From Alphaproteobacteria bacterium (lineage in GTDB: Bacteria; Pseudomonadota; Alphaproteobacteria; MPNO01; UBA830), in the NCBI GenBank assembly GCA_965243135.1, contig OZ251539.1:5920001-5984000 (forward strand): a stretch of 64,000 bases of DNA. The letters run 5' to 3'. This document shows, piece by piece, positions 42,549 to 55,056 of the stretch (position 1 is its first letter; the number at the start of each line of letters is the position of its first letter). The translations under genes and the position numbers were made by a program. The notes beneath the pieces are model-generated. The model was not told where the DNA came from and made no database searches. It worked only from the letters and a program-made list of their open reading frames with translations.

Positions 42549-43001
42549 TCAGAGTATCAGGTTTGTCGGTGGACAATGCGGCCAAGAAACGGAATCGATC
42601 CACCGTGGCGGATCCGTCAGCAGACAATCCGGCCAAGGCGTGAAGGCCATCAGCTCGGTGTCGCCTCGTTCGGCTCGTGCCTGCTGGGTTAGGGCTTGCC
42701 CGGTCCCGTCGCACAAAGGGCAGGTTTGATCAGCAAGCTCGGTGTCGCCTCGTTCGGCTCGTGCCTGCTGGGTCGGACTGCCAAGGGGACATTCCGGCCA
42801 AGGCTTGAAGGCCATCAGCTCGGTGTCGCCTCGTTCGGCTCGTGCCTGCGGCGGGGTCGGTATGTGTCCTGTCCCGCCACAAAGTCGACACTTTTCCGCG
42901 AGGTAGATCGGCCCGGACGGCCGCGGGTCACCCGGGGGCAAGATTTGAGCTGATACTGAATACGGCAGAAGTGCGATTAGCACTGCGAACAGGATTATCA
43001 T
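42549..43001 (-). CDS. Secreted repeat protein with two CxxCxGxG motifs
   Basis: Signal peptide; three QARAERGDTEL repeats; CRLCGGTG and CPLCDGTG. Confidence 0.6.
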   Translation of the reverse strand: MIILFAVLIALLPYSVSAQILPPGDPRPSGPIYLAEKCRLCGGTGHIPTPPQARAERGDTELMAFKPWPECPLGSPTQQARAERGDTELADQTCPLCDGTGQALTQQARAERGDTELMAFTPWPDCLLTDPPRWIDSVSWPHCPPTNLIL

Positions 43002-43074
43002 AACTCGTCTCCTAGCTGGTGATCACTGCCAGCAAGTCTACTAGGACGCTCTGAACGTGCCTGAACGGCATCGG

Positions 43075-43172
43075 CGAAGGCCTCGAGGTCTCCCGCGCCG
43101 GCCCGGCGGACCAGCGCGGCATCGTCGTCCTTGGTCATGCAGCAATTGTCCGAGCGTTCATGTTGTCTTGGA
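43075..43172 (-). pseudogene. Duplicated 5' fragment of the ECF sigma factor gene and its leader
   Basis: MTKDDDAALVRRAGAGDLEAFA and upstream DNA match 55535-55632. Confidence 0.8.
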
Positions 43173-43242
43173 GCCTGATTGAAAACTATCGGGTGGCCTT
43201 GTGGTATCCACAAGGTTCCGTAACTCCATATGTGGAGACCAC

Positions 43243-43390
43243 TATGCCTTGGGACAAGGCCACCCGAGAAGTATACCCGAAAGACGGAGCGCAGCGACCG
43301 TGCGAATGCGGAATGGGAGGCTGTCGCGCGCCTTCTCCCGGGCCGCTATGGGTCGTCTTCTCAAAAGCGCCCTGACCTGAATGCGATCCG
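43243..43390 (+). pseudogene. IS5-family transposase N-terminal remnant
   Basis: MPWDKATREVY..SD..NAEWEAVARLLP pattern across frames. Confidence 0.45.
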
Positions 43391-43394
43391 TATG

Positions 43395-43480
43395 GCACCG
43401 AATTACCCGGAAAAGTCTACGAAAACTTTTTCTCAAACCCCATATTTTTCAAGGGTTTCGAGGCTTAGCGGAAATTGCTG
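43395..43480 (-). mobile_element. Isolated left end of the IS seen at 57956-59580
   Basis: Reverse complement CAGCAATTTCCGCTAAGCCTCGAAACCCTTGAAAAATATGGGG matches the 57956 end over ~85 bp. Confidence 0.8.
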
Positions 43481-43549
43481 ACCCGCAGTAAACGCCATTG
43501 GGTTGGATCTTGATGCGAATGTCTGTCGGCCACCGCCGTATAGGCGGAA

Positions 43550-44449
43550 TCAAACGTTGAGAATCCGCGTCGGCCTGATTTCCTCCCCGACGAGGCGGGC
43601 GAGCGCGACCGGCCTGTCCCCCGATACCGCGAACAGCGCGGCTCCGGGTGCGCAGGTTTCGCGGGACCGCGCCCGGATAGGACGGCCATGGCGCATGTCA
43701 CCTGCCTCGGACTCGGAAAGGTTCACCGTGGGGAGATCCTTCAACGCCGCCCCGACGGGCAACAACTCGCTCGCTATCTCGGGCCGTGACGCCAGTTCTT
43801 CCAGGGTGACCGCCTCCCTTTCGGAGAACGGGCCGACCGCCGTTCTGCGCAAATCGACGGCATGGGCGCAGGTTCCGAGCGCCTCGGCCATATCGCGCGC
43901 CAGGCTGCGGACATAGGTTCCCTTGCCGCAGACGACCTCGAAGACCGCGTGATCCGCGTCGGGGCGGTCCTCGAGGGTGAAACGGTTCACCTCCACCAGG
44001 CGCGCCGGAGGCGGCGTGTCGTCGCCGCCGCGCGCGCGGCTGTAGGCGCGCCGGCCCTCGATCTTGATCGCGGAATAGACGGGCGGCACCTGCGAGATGG
44101 CTCCGACGAAGGCCGGCAGCGCCGCCTCGATCTCGTCGTCGCCGGGACGGACATCGCTGGTCGCGACGATCTTGCCGCTGCCGTCGCCGGTGTCGTGCGC
44201 CTCTCCGAACCGGGCCGTGAACCGATAGACCTTTTCGCCGTCCATGACGTGGGAAACCGTCTTCGTCGCTTCCCCAAGGGCCACCGGCAGGACGCCCGAC
44301 GCTTCCGGGTCGAGCGTTCCTGCATGGCCTGCTTTCTGCGCGTCGAAGAGGCGGCGAACCCGGGACGTCACCTGCATCGACGTGGGGCCGGTCTCCTTGT
44401 CGACGACGACCCAGCCATGGACCGGATTGCCTTTGCGCCTACGCGTCAT
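43550..44449 (-). CDS. truB: tRNA pseudouridine(55) synthase
   Basis: KAGHAGTLDP, QVPPVYSAIK, CGKGTYVRSLARD. Confidence 0.96.
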   Translation of the reverse strand: MTRRRKGNPVHGWVVVDKETGPTSMQVTSRVRRLFDAQKAGHAGTLDPEASGVLPVALGEATKTVSHVMDGEKVYRFTARFGEAHDTGDGSGKIVATSDVRPGDDEIEAALPAFVGAISQVPPVYSAIKIEGRRAYSRARGGDDTPPPARLVEVNRFTLEDRPDADHAVFEVVCGKGTYVRSLARDMAEALGTCAHAVDLRRTAVGPFSEREAVTLEELASRPEIASELLPVGAALKDLPTVNLSESEAGDMRHGRPIRARSRETCAPGAALFAVSGDRPVALARLVGEEIRPTRILNV

Positions 44450-44861
44450 CTTTCTGCGGCGCGGACGGGCGTGCGTCGGAGGCTGCCGTTTGCAGGAGCG
44501 CGTTGATGCGATCCGCATTGTCGAAGCGGGAATCCAGGTCGAACGAGAGTGCGGGCAGGCGCTTCAGGGCGACGGCCTTGCCGATCCGGCGGCGCAGGAA
44601 GGGAGCCGCGCGCCGCAGGCTCGCGACAAGTTCGGCGGCGTCCGCGCCGCCGAGCGGCATCACGAAAGCGGTGGCGCGGCGAAGGTCGGGACTGACCCGA
44701 ACCTCGGTGACGGTGACCGACACGCCGTCGAGTCCGGGGTCGTTCGCCTCGCCGCGGTGCAAGACATGGGACAGAGCGTGGCGGATGACTTCGCCGACGC
44801 GAAGTTGGCGCGGCCCCGGCAGCCCGGCGGCTCCCGACGGCCGCCGGTTTTCGCTGCGCAT
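44439..44861 (-). CDS. rbfA: Ribosome-binding factor A
   Basis: RQLRVGEVIR, VTEVRVSPDLR; operon position. Confidence 0.95.
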   Translation of the reverse strand: MRSENRRPSGAAGLPGPRQLRVGEVIRHALSHVLHRGEANDPGLDGVSVTVTEVRVSPDLRRATAFVMPLGGADAAELVASLRRAAPFLRRRIGKAVALKRLPALSFDLDSRFDNADRINALLQTAASDARPSAPQKDDA

Positions 44862-44894
44862 AGCGTTTTTCCTCCGGAGGCTCTCGCGGCCCCG

Positions 44895-47471
<2,577 letters not shown>

Positions 47472-47477
47472 GTTCCG

Positions 47478-48062
47478 TCAGCTTTCCTGCAGTTCCGGCG
47501 GTCTCAAACCTCGAAGCCTTCGCACTTCGCGAACCAGGCGGTCGCATAACCCTCCCGAGCGAACCGCGGCGTGCACGACCCTGTCGCGTCCGAACGGCGC
47601 GCCGAGCCGGGAAGCCGTCCACAACGAGACGACCATGGCCTGCGGCGCAAGCCGCACGACCTTCTCGTGACCGTCGTTCGCGCCATCGGACGCCTCAAGC
47701 AACAACTGCACATCGCCTTCTTTCGCGGCCGCACTCACCCGCTCGAATCCGAAAATCGCATCGCCGGAGCGGCGCGCCAGCCCGATCAGGTCCATGCAGC
47801 GTTCGTCGAGCAACCCGACAAGGCGGTCGCACAGATCCGCCGGCACGGCCACCCGGCGCCGCGCCCCTCGCGAAAAAGCGTTCTCCGCACAAGCTCGCCG
47901 AACTATATCGCGATCCGCCTTCAACCACAATCCGCGACCGGGGAGGCGTTCGCCGAGATCCGGCACCAGTTCGCCGCCGGGCGAGACGACGAAGCGGACA
48001 AGGTCGTCCCGCGGGCCGGCGCTGCGCGTAACGAGGCATCTTCGCCGCGGCCCGTCGCCCAT
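47478..48062 (-). CDS. YlxR/DUF448 RNA-binding protein
   Basis: RRCLVT..LVRFV..LPGRGLW; lies between nusA and infB. Confidence 0.88.
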   Translation of the reverse strand: MGDGPRRRCLVTRSAGPRDDLVRFVVSPGGELVPDLGERLPGRGLWLKADRDIVRRACAENAFSRGARRRVAVPADLCDRLVGLLDERCMDLIGLARRSGDAIFGFERVSAAAKEGDVQLLLEASDGANDGHEKVVRLAPQAMVVSLWTASRLGAPFGRDRVVHAAVRSGGLCDRLVREVRRLRGLRPPELQES

Positions 48063-48072
48063 CGTCCCGTTC

Positions 48073-49665
48073 TCATCCCGCCGCTTCTTCCGAAGCCGTC
48101 GACTCCGCAGGGTCTTCGTCGGGGAACCAATGGGCGCGGGCAGCCATGACGATCGCGTTGCCTTGGTCCACGTCCAGTTCGAAGTCGGCGAGAATTCCCC
48201 GGCCCTCGCCGTCCCGATTCCCCGGGTCGACCAGCTCGTCCGTCGCGAGATCGCCGAGATCGTCGACGGTCTTGACGCCGGCCTTTCCCAGCGCGACCAG
48301 CATCGCCGGAGAGAGCATCGGGATTTCGGCCACCTCGTCCGCGACGCCGAGCTCCCGGCGTTCCTCGGTAAGCCGCTTTTCCTCCTCCGCCAGAAAGGTC
48401 TGCGCCCGATTGCGCAGTTCGCGCGCGAGCTCTTCGTCGAATCCCTCGATCGCGAGCAGATCTTCGATCGGCACGAAGTTCACCTCTTCGACGGAGGAGA
48501 AACCTTCGGTGACCAGCAGATGGGCCAGAACGTCGTCGACGTCGAGCGCGTCGATGAAAGCCTGGGAACGCGACCGAAATTCTTCCTGGCGGCGCTCCGA
48601 TTCCTCTTCCTCGGTGAGGATCACGATGTCCCAAAGCGTCAGCTGCGACGCAAGGCGCACGTTCTGGCCGCGGCGGCCGATGGCCAGGCTGAGCTGGTCG
48701 TCGGGGACGACGACCTCGATCGTCTTCTGCTCCTCGTCGAGCACGACCTTCGTGACCTCGGCGGGCGCCAGCGCGTTGACGATGAACGTCGCCGGGTCGT
48801 CCGCCCACTGGATGATGTCGATTTTTTCGCCCTGCAGCTCGCCGACCACGGCCTGAACCCGGCTGCCCCGCATGCCCACGCAGGCGCCCACCGGATCGAT
48901 GCTCGAGTCGTTCGACAGCACGGCGATCTTGGCGCGGCTGCCGGCGTCGCGGGCGACGGCCTTGATCTCGATGATCCCGTCGTAAATCTCGGGAACTTCC
49001 TGGGCGAAGAGCTTGGACATGAAATGCGGGTGGCTGCGCGACAGGAAGATCTGGGGGCCCCGCGTTTCCTCGCGCACGTCGTAAATGTAGGAGCGGACGC
49101 GGTCGCCCTGCTTCAGCGGTTCCCGCGGAATGCTTTGGTCGCGGTGGATGACGCCCTCGGCCCGGCCCAGATCGACGGTCGTGTTCCCGTAATCGGAGCG
49201 CTTGACGATGCCGTTCACGATCTCGCCGATCCGGTCCTTGTACTCCTCGTACTGCCTCTTCCGCTCGGCTTCGCGCACCCTCTGGACGATGACCTGCTTG
49301 GCGGTCTGGGCGGCGACCCGCCCGAAGTCTATCGGCGGCAGCGGGTCGACGATGACGTCGCCGGCCACGGCGTCCGGTTTGATGTTCCGCGCTTTTTGCG
49401 GCGTGATCTGGGTGACCTCGTTCTCGATTTCGTCCGTCACTTCCAGATACCGGGCGAGATTGATGTCTCCGGTTTTCCGGTCGATGACGACGCGGACGTC
49501 GTGTTCCTGGCCGTACTTCGTCCGCGCCGCTTTCTGGATCGCCATCTCCATGGCGATCAGAACCTCGTCCGCCTCTATGGCCTTTTCGCGGGCCACGGCG
49601 TCGGCCATCTGCAGCAGTTCGAGCCTGTCGTAACCTGCGACCGGGATGTTTTCCATGTCGATCAT
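48073..49665 (-). CDS. nusA: Transcription termination factor NusA
   Basis: FGRVAAQTAKQ, S1/KH motifs, DPVGACVGMRG, AIGRRGQNVRLA. Confidence 0.97.
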   Translation of the reverse strand: MIDMENIPVAGYDRLELLQMADAVAREKAIEADEVLIAMEMAIQKAARTKYGQEHDVRVVIDRKTGDINLARYLEVTDEIENEVTQITPQKARNIKPDAVAGDVIVDPLPPIDFGRVAAQTAKQVIVQRVREAERKRQYEEYKDRIGEIVNGIVKRSDYGNTTVDLGRAEGVIHRDQSIPREPLKQGDRVRSYIYDVREETRGPQIFLSRSHPHFMSKLFAQEVPEIYDGIIEIKAVARDAGSRAKIAVLSNDSSIDPVGACVGMRGSRVQAVVGELQGEKIDIIQWADDPATFIVNALAPAEVTKVVLDEEQKTIEVVVPDDQLSLAIGRRGQNVRLASQLTLWDIVILTEEEESERRQEEFRSRSQAFIDALDVDDVLAHLLVTEGFSSVEEVNFVPIEDLLAIEGFDEELARELRNRAQTFLAEEEKRLTEERRELGVADEVAEIPMLSPAMLVALGKAGVKTVDDLGDLATDELVDPGNRDGEGRGILADFELDVDQGNAIVMAARAHWFPDEDPAESTASEEAAG

Positions 49666-50183
49666 CTGCGTTCTCCCGTATTGTCCGGACGCGGCGCGTC
49701 CCTGCCGGGCCGGGCGGCCGCGATCAGCTCGTCGGTCAGAACGAGTTTCGCGCTGTGCACGTCTTCGAACGGGACGACAAAGGTATCGTCGCGGACGGCG
49801 ATGCGGACGCAGCCTTCTTCGACGCCCGCCAGCTTGCCGCGAAATCGTTTCCGACCGTCGACGGGAACGCGGCTTTCCAGTCTCGCCTCGAAACCGGCGA
49901 AGCGCTCGAAATCCGGGAGTCGGACCAGCGGCCTGTCGATGCCCGGCGAACTGACCTCGAGCGTGTAGGAATCCGGAAGGGGATCTTCCGCATCGAGGAT
50001 CGCCGAGATATTGCGGCTGATGTCCGCGCAATCGTCGACGGTGATCTCCGCGCGGTCGCTGCGTTCGGCCATGACCTGAAGCGTCGGGCTGCGGTTTCCG
50101 GTCAGCCGAACGCGCACGAGGTCGTAGCCCATTGCGTTCAGCGCCGGTTCGACGAGCTCCGCGATCCTGTCCCTCTGGTCCAT
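49662..50183 (-). CDS. rimP: Ribosome maturation factor RimP
   Basis: VDDCADIS, YTLEVSSPGIDRPL. Confidence 0.96.
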   Translation of the reverse strand: MDQRDRIAELVEPALNAMGYDLVRVRLTGNRSPTLQVMAERSDRAEITVDDCADISRNISAILDAEDPLPDSYTLEVSSPGIDRPLVRLPDFERFAGFEARLESRVPVDGRKRFRGKLAGVEEGCVRIAVRDDTFVVPFEDVHSAKLVLTDELIAAARPGRDAPRPDNTGERR

Positions 50184-50197
50184 TCCGTTCGTTCCCG

Positions 50198-50225
50198 AAA
50201 ATAAAAAAGCGGGCAGCGCCCACTC
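50198..50225 (-). promoter_or_regulatory. rimP leader hairpin (terminator-like)
   Basis: GAGTGGGC-GCT-GCCCGCTT followed by a T-tract just upstream of rimP; matches the conserved rimP leader pattern. Confidence 0.7.
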
Positions 50226-50459
50226 GTTAATCGTTCTGCTTCGCTCCGGAAGAAGAGCGCTTTCCAAAGAATAGCACCGGCGGAGCGGAATTCAAGCGCT
50301 TGGAGGCGATCGGTTTGCGCGCGCGGTTTCGGCGCGCGGTCGTCGAGGAACGGCCGGCGGGCCCGAAAAAGCGTCGCGAACGGGACGGACGACCTTGACG
50401 CGGCGCGCGCGGGCGTGCCCCGTTCGATCCTTCGCGCCGCCGCGGCGCGGCAACCCCCC

Positions 50460-51170
50460 TCAGATTCGCCCGCCAGGAGCAGGGCGGCCGTCGCGCGGTT
50501 GCCGCGCGTAGCGCATGAACGCGCTGGCGCGGCCCGCCGCTTTCGCTTTTTCCTCGAAACGCGTCGGCGGCCAGTCTTCCGGTCGGGTATGCGCGTACTC
50601 CGGTCCGAGGGGCGCGAAAGCGTCGTGATCGCGAAGAAGTTCGAGCATCCATTCAAGGTAATCGGCGTCGTCGGTCGCAATCCGAAGCTCCGCGCCGCCG
50701 CGCATGGTCGCCGCGAGACGGGACAGGGTCGACGCGTTCACGATGCGGCGCTTGCGATGGCGGGCTTTCGGCCAGGGATCCGGAAACAGGATGAAGACGC
50801 GGCCCAGAGAATCGTCCGGCAGGCGATCCAGCAGCAGCCGGGCGTCGTCGCGGTACAGCCTGATGTTGCGGAGGCCGCACCGCTCGATCCTCGTCGCGAG
50901 TTTCGCAGTTCCGGGGAGGAAGGGCTCGCAGCCGATCATGCCGATGTCCGGATGGCGTTGCGCCTGCCAAGCCAGATGTTCGCCTCCGCCGAAGCCGATT
51001 TCCAGCCAGAGGTCTTCGACGCCTGCCGGGAACAGGCCGGCCGGGGCGAGCGGCGCCTCGTCCGGGACGATCTCCAGCTCGGGAAGGAGCCGGTTCACGA
51101 GGTCGCGTTGCCCTTGCCGCAATCGGCGTCCGCGCTGTCGACCGTACAGGATCCGGCGGCGTTCGGTCAC
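50460..51170 (-). CDS. trmB: tRNA (guanine-N7)-methyltransferase
   Basis: LEIGFGGGEHL, FPDPWPKARHRKRR, ATD, TRFEEKA. Confidence 0.95.
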   Translation of the reverse strand: MTERRRILYGRQRGRRLRQGQRDLVNRLLPELEIVPDEAPLAPAGLFPAGVEDLWLEIGFGGGEHLAWQAQRHPDIGMIGCEPFLPGTAKLATRIERCGLRNIRLYRDDARLLLDRLPDDSLGRVFILFPDPWPKARHRKRRIVNASTLSRLAATMRGGAELRIATDDADYLEWMLELLRDHDAFAPLGPEYAHTRPEDWPPTRFEEKAKAAGRASAFMRYARQPRDGRPAPGGRI

Positions 51171-51192
51171 CGCGCAAGCCCGCGCCGCGGGA

Positions 51193-52362
51193 TCAGGCGG
51201 CCGCGGACCTGAGGTCGTCTACGAGATCCGTCCTTTCCCACGAGAAACCGCCGTCGGCGTCGGGTTCGCGTCCGAAATGCCCGTACGCCGCGGTGCGGGC
51301 GTAGATCGGGCGGCTGAGCGCAAGCCGCTCGCGGATACCGCGAGGCGAGAGGTCGACGACCTCCTGAATGATTTCGGAAAGGCGGTCGTCCCCGACCTGC
51401 GAGGTGCCGTCGGTATCGACGTAGACCGACAGCGGCTTCGAGACGCCGATGGCGTAGGCGATCTGGATGGTGCACCTGTCGGCGAGCCCGGACGCGACGA
51501 CGTTCTTGGCGACCCAGCGCGCCGCGTAGGCGGCGGAACGGTCGACCTTGCTGGGATCCTTTCCGGAAAACGCGCCGCCGCCATGGGGGGCGGAGCCGCC
51601 GTAGGTGTCGACGATGATCTTACGGCCGGTCAGCCCGCAATCGCCGTCGGGACCGCCGATGACGAACCGGCCGGTCGGATTGACGTAGAATTCGTCCTCG
51701 CCGCACATCCAGCCTTCCGGGAGGACGCGCTCGACGTGCGGACGGACGATCTCGCGCACCGCGTCCTGGTCGAGATCCTCGTGGTGCTGGGTCGACACCA
51801 CGACCGAGGTCGCCCGGACCGGCGCGCGGTCCCGGTATTCGAGGGTGACCTGGCTTTTCGAATCGGGGCCGAGTCCGTTCGCCGTCCCCGCGTGCCGCGC
51901 TTCGGCGAGGGACCGCAGTATTTCGTGGGAGTAGTGGATCGCCGCCGGCATGAGCGCGGGGGTCTCCCGGCAGGCGTAGCCGAACATGAGTCCCTGGTCG
52001 CCCGCGCCTTCGTCCTTGTTGCCGGCCGCGTCGACGCCCAGGGCGATGTCCGCCGACTGCCGGTGCAGGTGGACGTCGACCTTCGCTTTCCGCCAGTGAA
52101 ATCCGTCCTGCTCGTAACCGATCTCCCTTGCCGCCTGCCGCGCGGCGTCCTCGACCATTTCGGACGTGATCGATTCCGGTCCGCGAACTTCGCCGGCGAT
52201 CACGATGCGGTTCGTCGTGGTCAAGGTCTCGCAGGCCACCCGAGACAGCGGGTCGGCCGCGAGATACGTATCGACTACCGCGTCGGAAATCCGATCCGAA
52301 ACCTTGTCGGGGTGGCCTTCCGAGACCGACTCGCTCGTGAACAAGAATTCGCCGTCCCGCAC
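51193..52362 (-). CDS. metK: S-adenosylmethionine synthetase
   Basis: [25 protein letters not shown]. Confidence 0.98.
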   Translation of the reverse strand: MRDGEFLFTSESVSEGHPDKVSDRISDAVVDTYLAADPLSRVACETLTTTNRIVIAGEVRGPESITSEMVEDAARQAAREIGYEQDGFHWRKAKVDVHLHRQSADIALGVDAAGNKDEGAGDQGLMFGYACRETPALMPAAIHYSHEILRSLAEARHAGTANGLGPDSKSQVTLEYRDRAPVRATSVVVSTQHHEDLDQDAVREIVRPHVERVLPEGWMCGEDEFYVNPTGRFVIGGPDGDCGLTGRKIIVDTYGGSAPHGGGAFSGKDPSKVDRSAAYAARWVAKNVVASGLADRCTIQIAYAIGVSKPLSVYVDTDGTSQVGDDRLSEIIQEVVDLSPRGIRERLALSRPIYARTAAYGHFGREPDADGGFSWERTDLVDDLRSAAA

Positions 52363-52902
52363 CGTGTGTCTCCCGGTTGTTAGGTTGTCAGAGAAGCTTC
52401 CAGAATCCGCAAAGGGCTGCGCGCCATTGTCGCAACAATCCGCACGGCGTTCAAACCTAGGTTCGCGGGATCGGAGAAGCGGAGTTTGCGGCGCTGCGAC
52501 TCAGACCCGGGGCGATCTGCGGCCTGGAGACAGACAGCTGCGTAGCAAGTGCATGCCCGTTCAGCGTAAACGCAGGCCGGCATCCGACGCAAGGCCGCAT
52601 GCCAGTCATCCGCCATGCGAAACTACGCAAGCGCAGCGAGGGACGGCGTGCGAACGTCGGGTGGGACGGGAAAACGCTCGTGACCCGGCGGAAATGCGCT
52701 GCCGGCTTGCGAGGCAGAAGCCGAGGCTGCCCAGGCGACTGCGATGCGGCGCAACGATCCAGTGCGGACCGTTCCCCCGGAACTCCTCTTGGGCGATCGA
52801 GGAAGAATTCCGCAGCGCCGGTTTCGTTGGCGCTGCGGAGAACTCGAGGGCCTCGCCGCGAGCCGCTCTTCGGCGTCCCGCGATTTCTTCCGGCGCGCCG
52901 GG

Positions 52903-55056
52903 TCAGGGCCGCAGCGGCGCCATGGCGGCGGCCGACTTCGCCATGCGCGCGAGGCGGACGAACTCCGCCCGGTAGCCGAACGGGTCGTTCCCCCGAGCGC
53001 CCTGCGCGAGCGCGACGACGTCGTCGTAGCCGAAGGCGCCGGTGTAGCGCCCGCCGCGCAGGAGTTGCCCGAACCCGGCCACCGCCGCCGCGAAGCGCAT
53101 GTCCTCGGGGGCCGCTTCGAGGCTCTCGAAGGCGTCGGCCGACATGACCGCGCGGACGATCTCGGCGCTGCTCGCGGCTCCCGGCAGCTTGTAGCGGACC
53201 TTCAGGTAGGCGACTTCCTCCGCGAAGGCGCCGGCCGCCGCTTCCGCCTTCGGCCGATAGCGCAGCGGCTCGACGCGCCGGGCGCCGGAACCCGCGGGCG
53301 TCAACTCGTAGAGGGCGGTCACCGTATGCCCGGCGCCGATCTCGCCCGCGTCCACCTTGTCGTTGGCGAAATCCTCGCGCGCCAGAAGCCGGGTCTCGTA
53401 GCCGATCAGCCGGTACTCGGCCACCGCCGCCGGATTGAACTCCACCTGGACCTTCACGTCGTCGGCGATCGGGAACAGCATCGAGGACGCCTCCTCCACC
53501 AGCACCTTGCGCGCCTCCGGCAGGCTGTCGATGTAGGCGGCGTTGCCGTTGCCGTGCTGGGCCAGCCGCTGCATCAGTTCGTCGTTGTAATTGCCCATCC
53601 CGAAGCCCAGCACCGACAGGTACACCCCGCTCTCCCGCTTGCGCGCGACGTAGCCTTCCAGTTCGTCCACGTCGGCGATGCCGACGTTGAAGTCGCCGTC
53701 GGTGGCGAGGATCACCCGGTTGACGCCGCCCTCGACGAAGCGACGCTCGGCCAGCAGGTAGGCCTGCCGCAACCCCTCGCCGCCGGCGGTCGACCCGCCC
53801 GCCCGAAGGCTGTCGAGGGCGGCCAGGATGCGCCCTCGCTCGTCGGCCCGGGTCGGCTCCAGCACCGTGCCGGCGGCGCCGGCGTAAGTAACGATGGCCA
53901 CCGTGTCGTCGGGCGACAGCGTGTCCAGCAGCAGCTTGAACGAGGAGATCAGCAGCGGCAGCTTGTCCGGTTCGTCCATGGAACCCGAACTGTCGATCAG
54001 GAACACGAGGTTGGCGGGAGGCGCCGCGGCGCGCTCCAGCCGGTAGCCCTGGACGCCGACGCGCAGAAGCAGGGCGGCGGCGTTCCACGGCGCCGGCATC
54101 AGCGCCGCGTGGACGGCGAAGGGCCGTTCGCGGCTCGCGGGCGGTTCGTAGCCGTAGGGGAAGTAGTTGACCAGTTCCTCGATTCTCACCGCGTCCTGCG
54201 GCGGCAGCGCGCCCCGGTTCAGGGAGGCGCGCACGAAGGCGTAGGAGGCAGTGTCGACATCGACCGAGAAGGTCGAGACGGGATCCTCGGCGGCGACCTT
54301 GACCGGGTTGGGATCGGACTCGGCGAAGCGGTCGCGCCCGCCCCGGCGGAACGAGGGCTCGTCGTCGACGGAAAGGCGGGCGACTGAACGGGAGGCTGAA
54401 ATAGCCCCGACTTGATCGAGTCGATCCGCTTGGAGGCTTCTCGGCGCGCTTGCTACGCTCAGCATTTGGCCTTGGATGCTCAGCATTTCGCTAAGGGCGG
54501 GAGTGTCGCCCAGCTCGCCAACGGCGTTCCTCTCGGTCTCGGTCGCCGCGGGATCGCCCGGGTCGGCAACTGCGCCGGCGGACGGAACGCTGTCGGCGGC
54601 GGTCGCCGCAGTTTTGGCACGGGGGAGGGCGAGAGTGCCGGACGGTTCGCTAACGGCGCTCCTCGCGGTCTCGGCCGCCGCGGGATCGCCCGGGTCGGCA
54701 ACTGCGCCGGCGGACGGAACGCTGTCGACGGACGCAAGCAACGGAAGCGGCTCGGGCGGGGAGAGCGCCACGAAGGCGGCGCCCGCGGCGAGGACGAGAC
54801 TCGCCCCGGCGGCAAGCGCGAGACGGGGGTGCGGCAGGATATGCGACATGATGATCCTCCTTGGCGAGAACGTGCCGCGGAAGCGCGGCATCCGTTCCTT
54901 GTGACGCGCCCCGTCCCCGATTCCTTGGCCGTGTTCCCGATGATGGCGATCGAACGACGCCAATGCCGCCGCCACGGCCCGCTCTCGCGCTTCCGCAGAA
55001 ACGCGCGGCGCGTCGGCGCGCAGGGCTCTCGCGAATCTCTCCAGTTCGTCGCTCAC
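52903..55056 (-). CDS. YfbK-like vWA domain protein with N-terminal anti-sigma-like/TM region
   Basis: STFSVDVDTASY, NLVFLIDSSGSM (MIDAS), LATDGDFNVG, EYRLIGYETR; GTGA overlap with the sigma gene. Confidence 0.88.
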   Translation of the reverse strand: MSDELERFARALRADAPRVSAEARERAVAAALASFDRHHREHGQGIGDGARHKERMPRFRGTFSPRRIIMSHILPHPRLALAAGASLVLAAGAAFVALSPPEPLPLLASVDSVPSAGAVADPGDPAAAETARSAVSEPSGTLALPRAKTAATAADSVPSAGAVADPGDPAATETERNAVGELGDTPALSEMLSIQGQMLSVASAPRSLQADRLDQVGAISASRSVARLSVDDEPSFRRGGRDRFAESDPNPVKVAAEDPVSTFSVDVDTASYAFVRASLNRGALPPQDAVRIEELVNYFPYGYEPPASRERPFAVHAALMPAPWNAAALLLRVGVQGYRLERAAAPPANLVFLIDSSGSMDEPDKLPLLISSFKLLLDTLSPDDTVAIVTYAGAAGTVLEPTRADERGRILAALDSLRAGGSTAGGEGLRQAYLLAERRFVEGGVNRVILATDGDFNVGIADVDELEGYVARKRESGVYLSVLGFGMGNYNDELMQRLAQHGNGNAAYIDSLPEARKVLVEEASSMLFPIADDVKVQVEFNPAAVAEYRLIGYETRLLAREDFANDKVDAGEIGAGHTVTALYELTPAGSGARRVEPLRYRPKAEAAAGAFAEEVAYLKVRYKLPGAASSAEIVRAVMSADAFESLEAAPEDMRFAAAVAGFGQLLRGGRYTGAFGYDDVVALAQGARGNDPFGYRAEFVRLARMAKSAAAMAPLRP

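Noticed and set aside
42652-42850. Three 33-bp direct repeats with ~50-bp spacers resembling a mini CRISPR array
   Set aside because: Periods are multiples of 3 inside an ORF with a signal peptide, the intervening segments resemble each other, and no cas genes are present
52363-52460. SAM riboswitch upstream of metK
   Set aside because: No recognisable SAM-II or SAM/SAH consensus by eye; an Rfam scan would be needed
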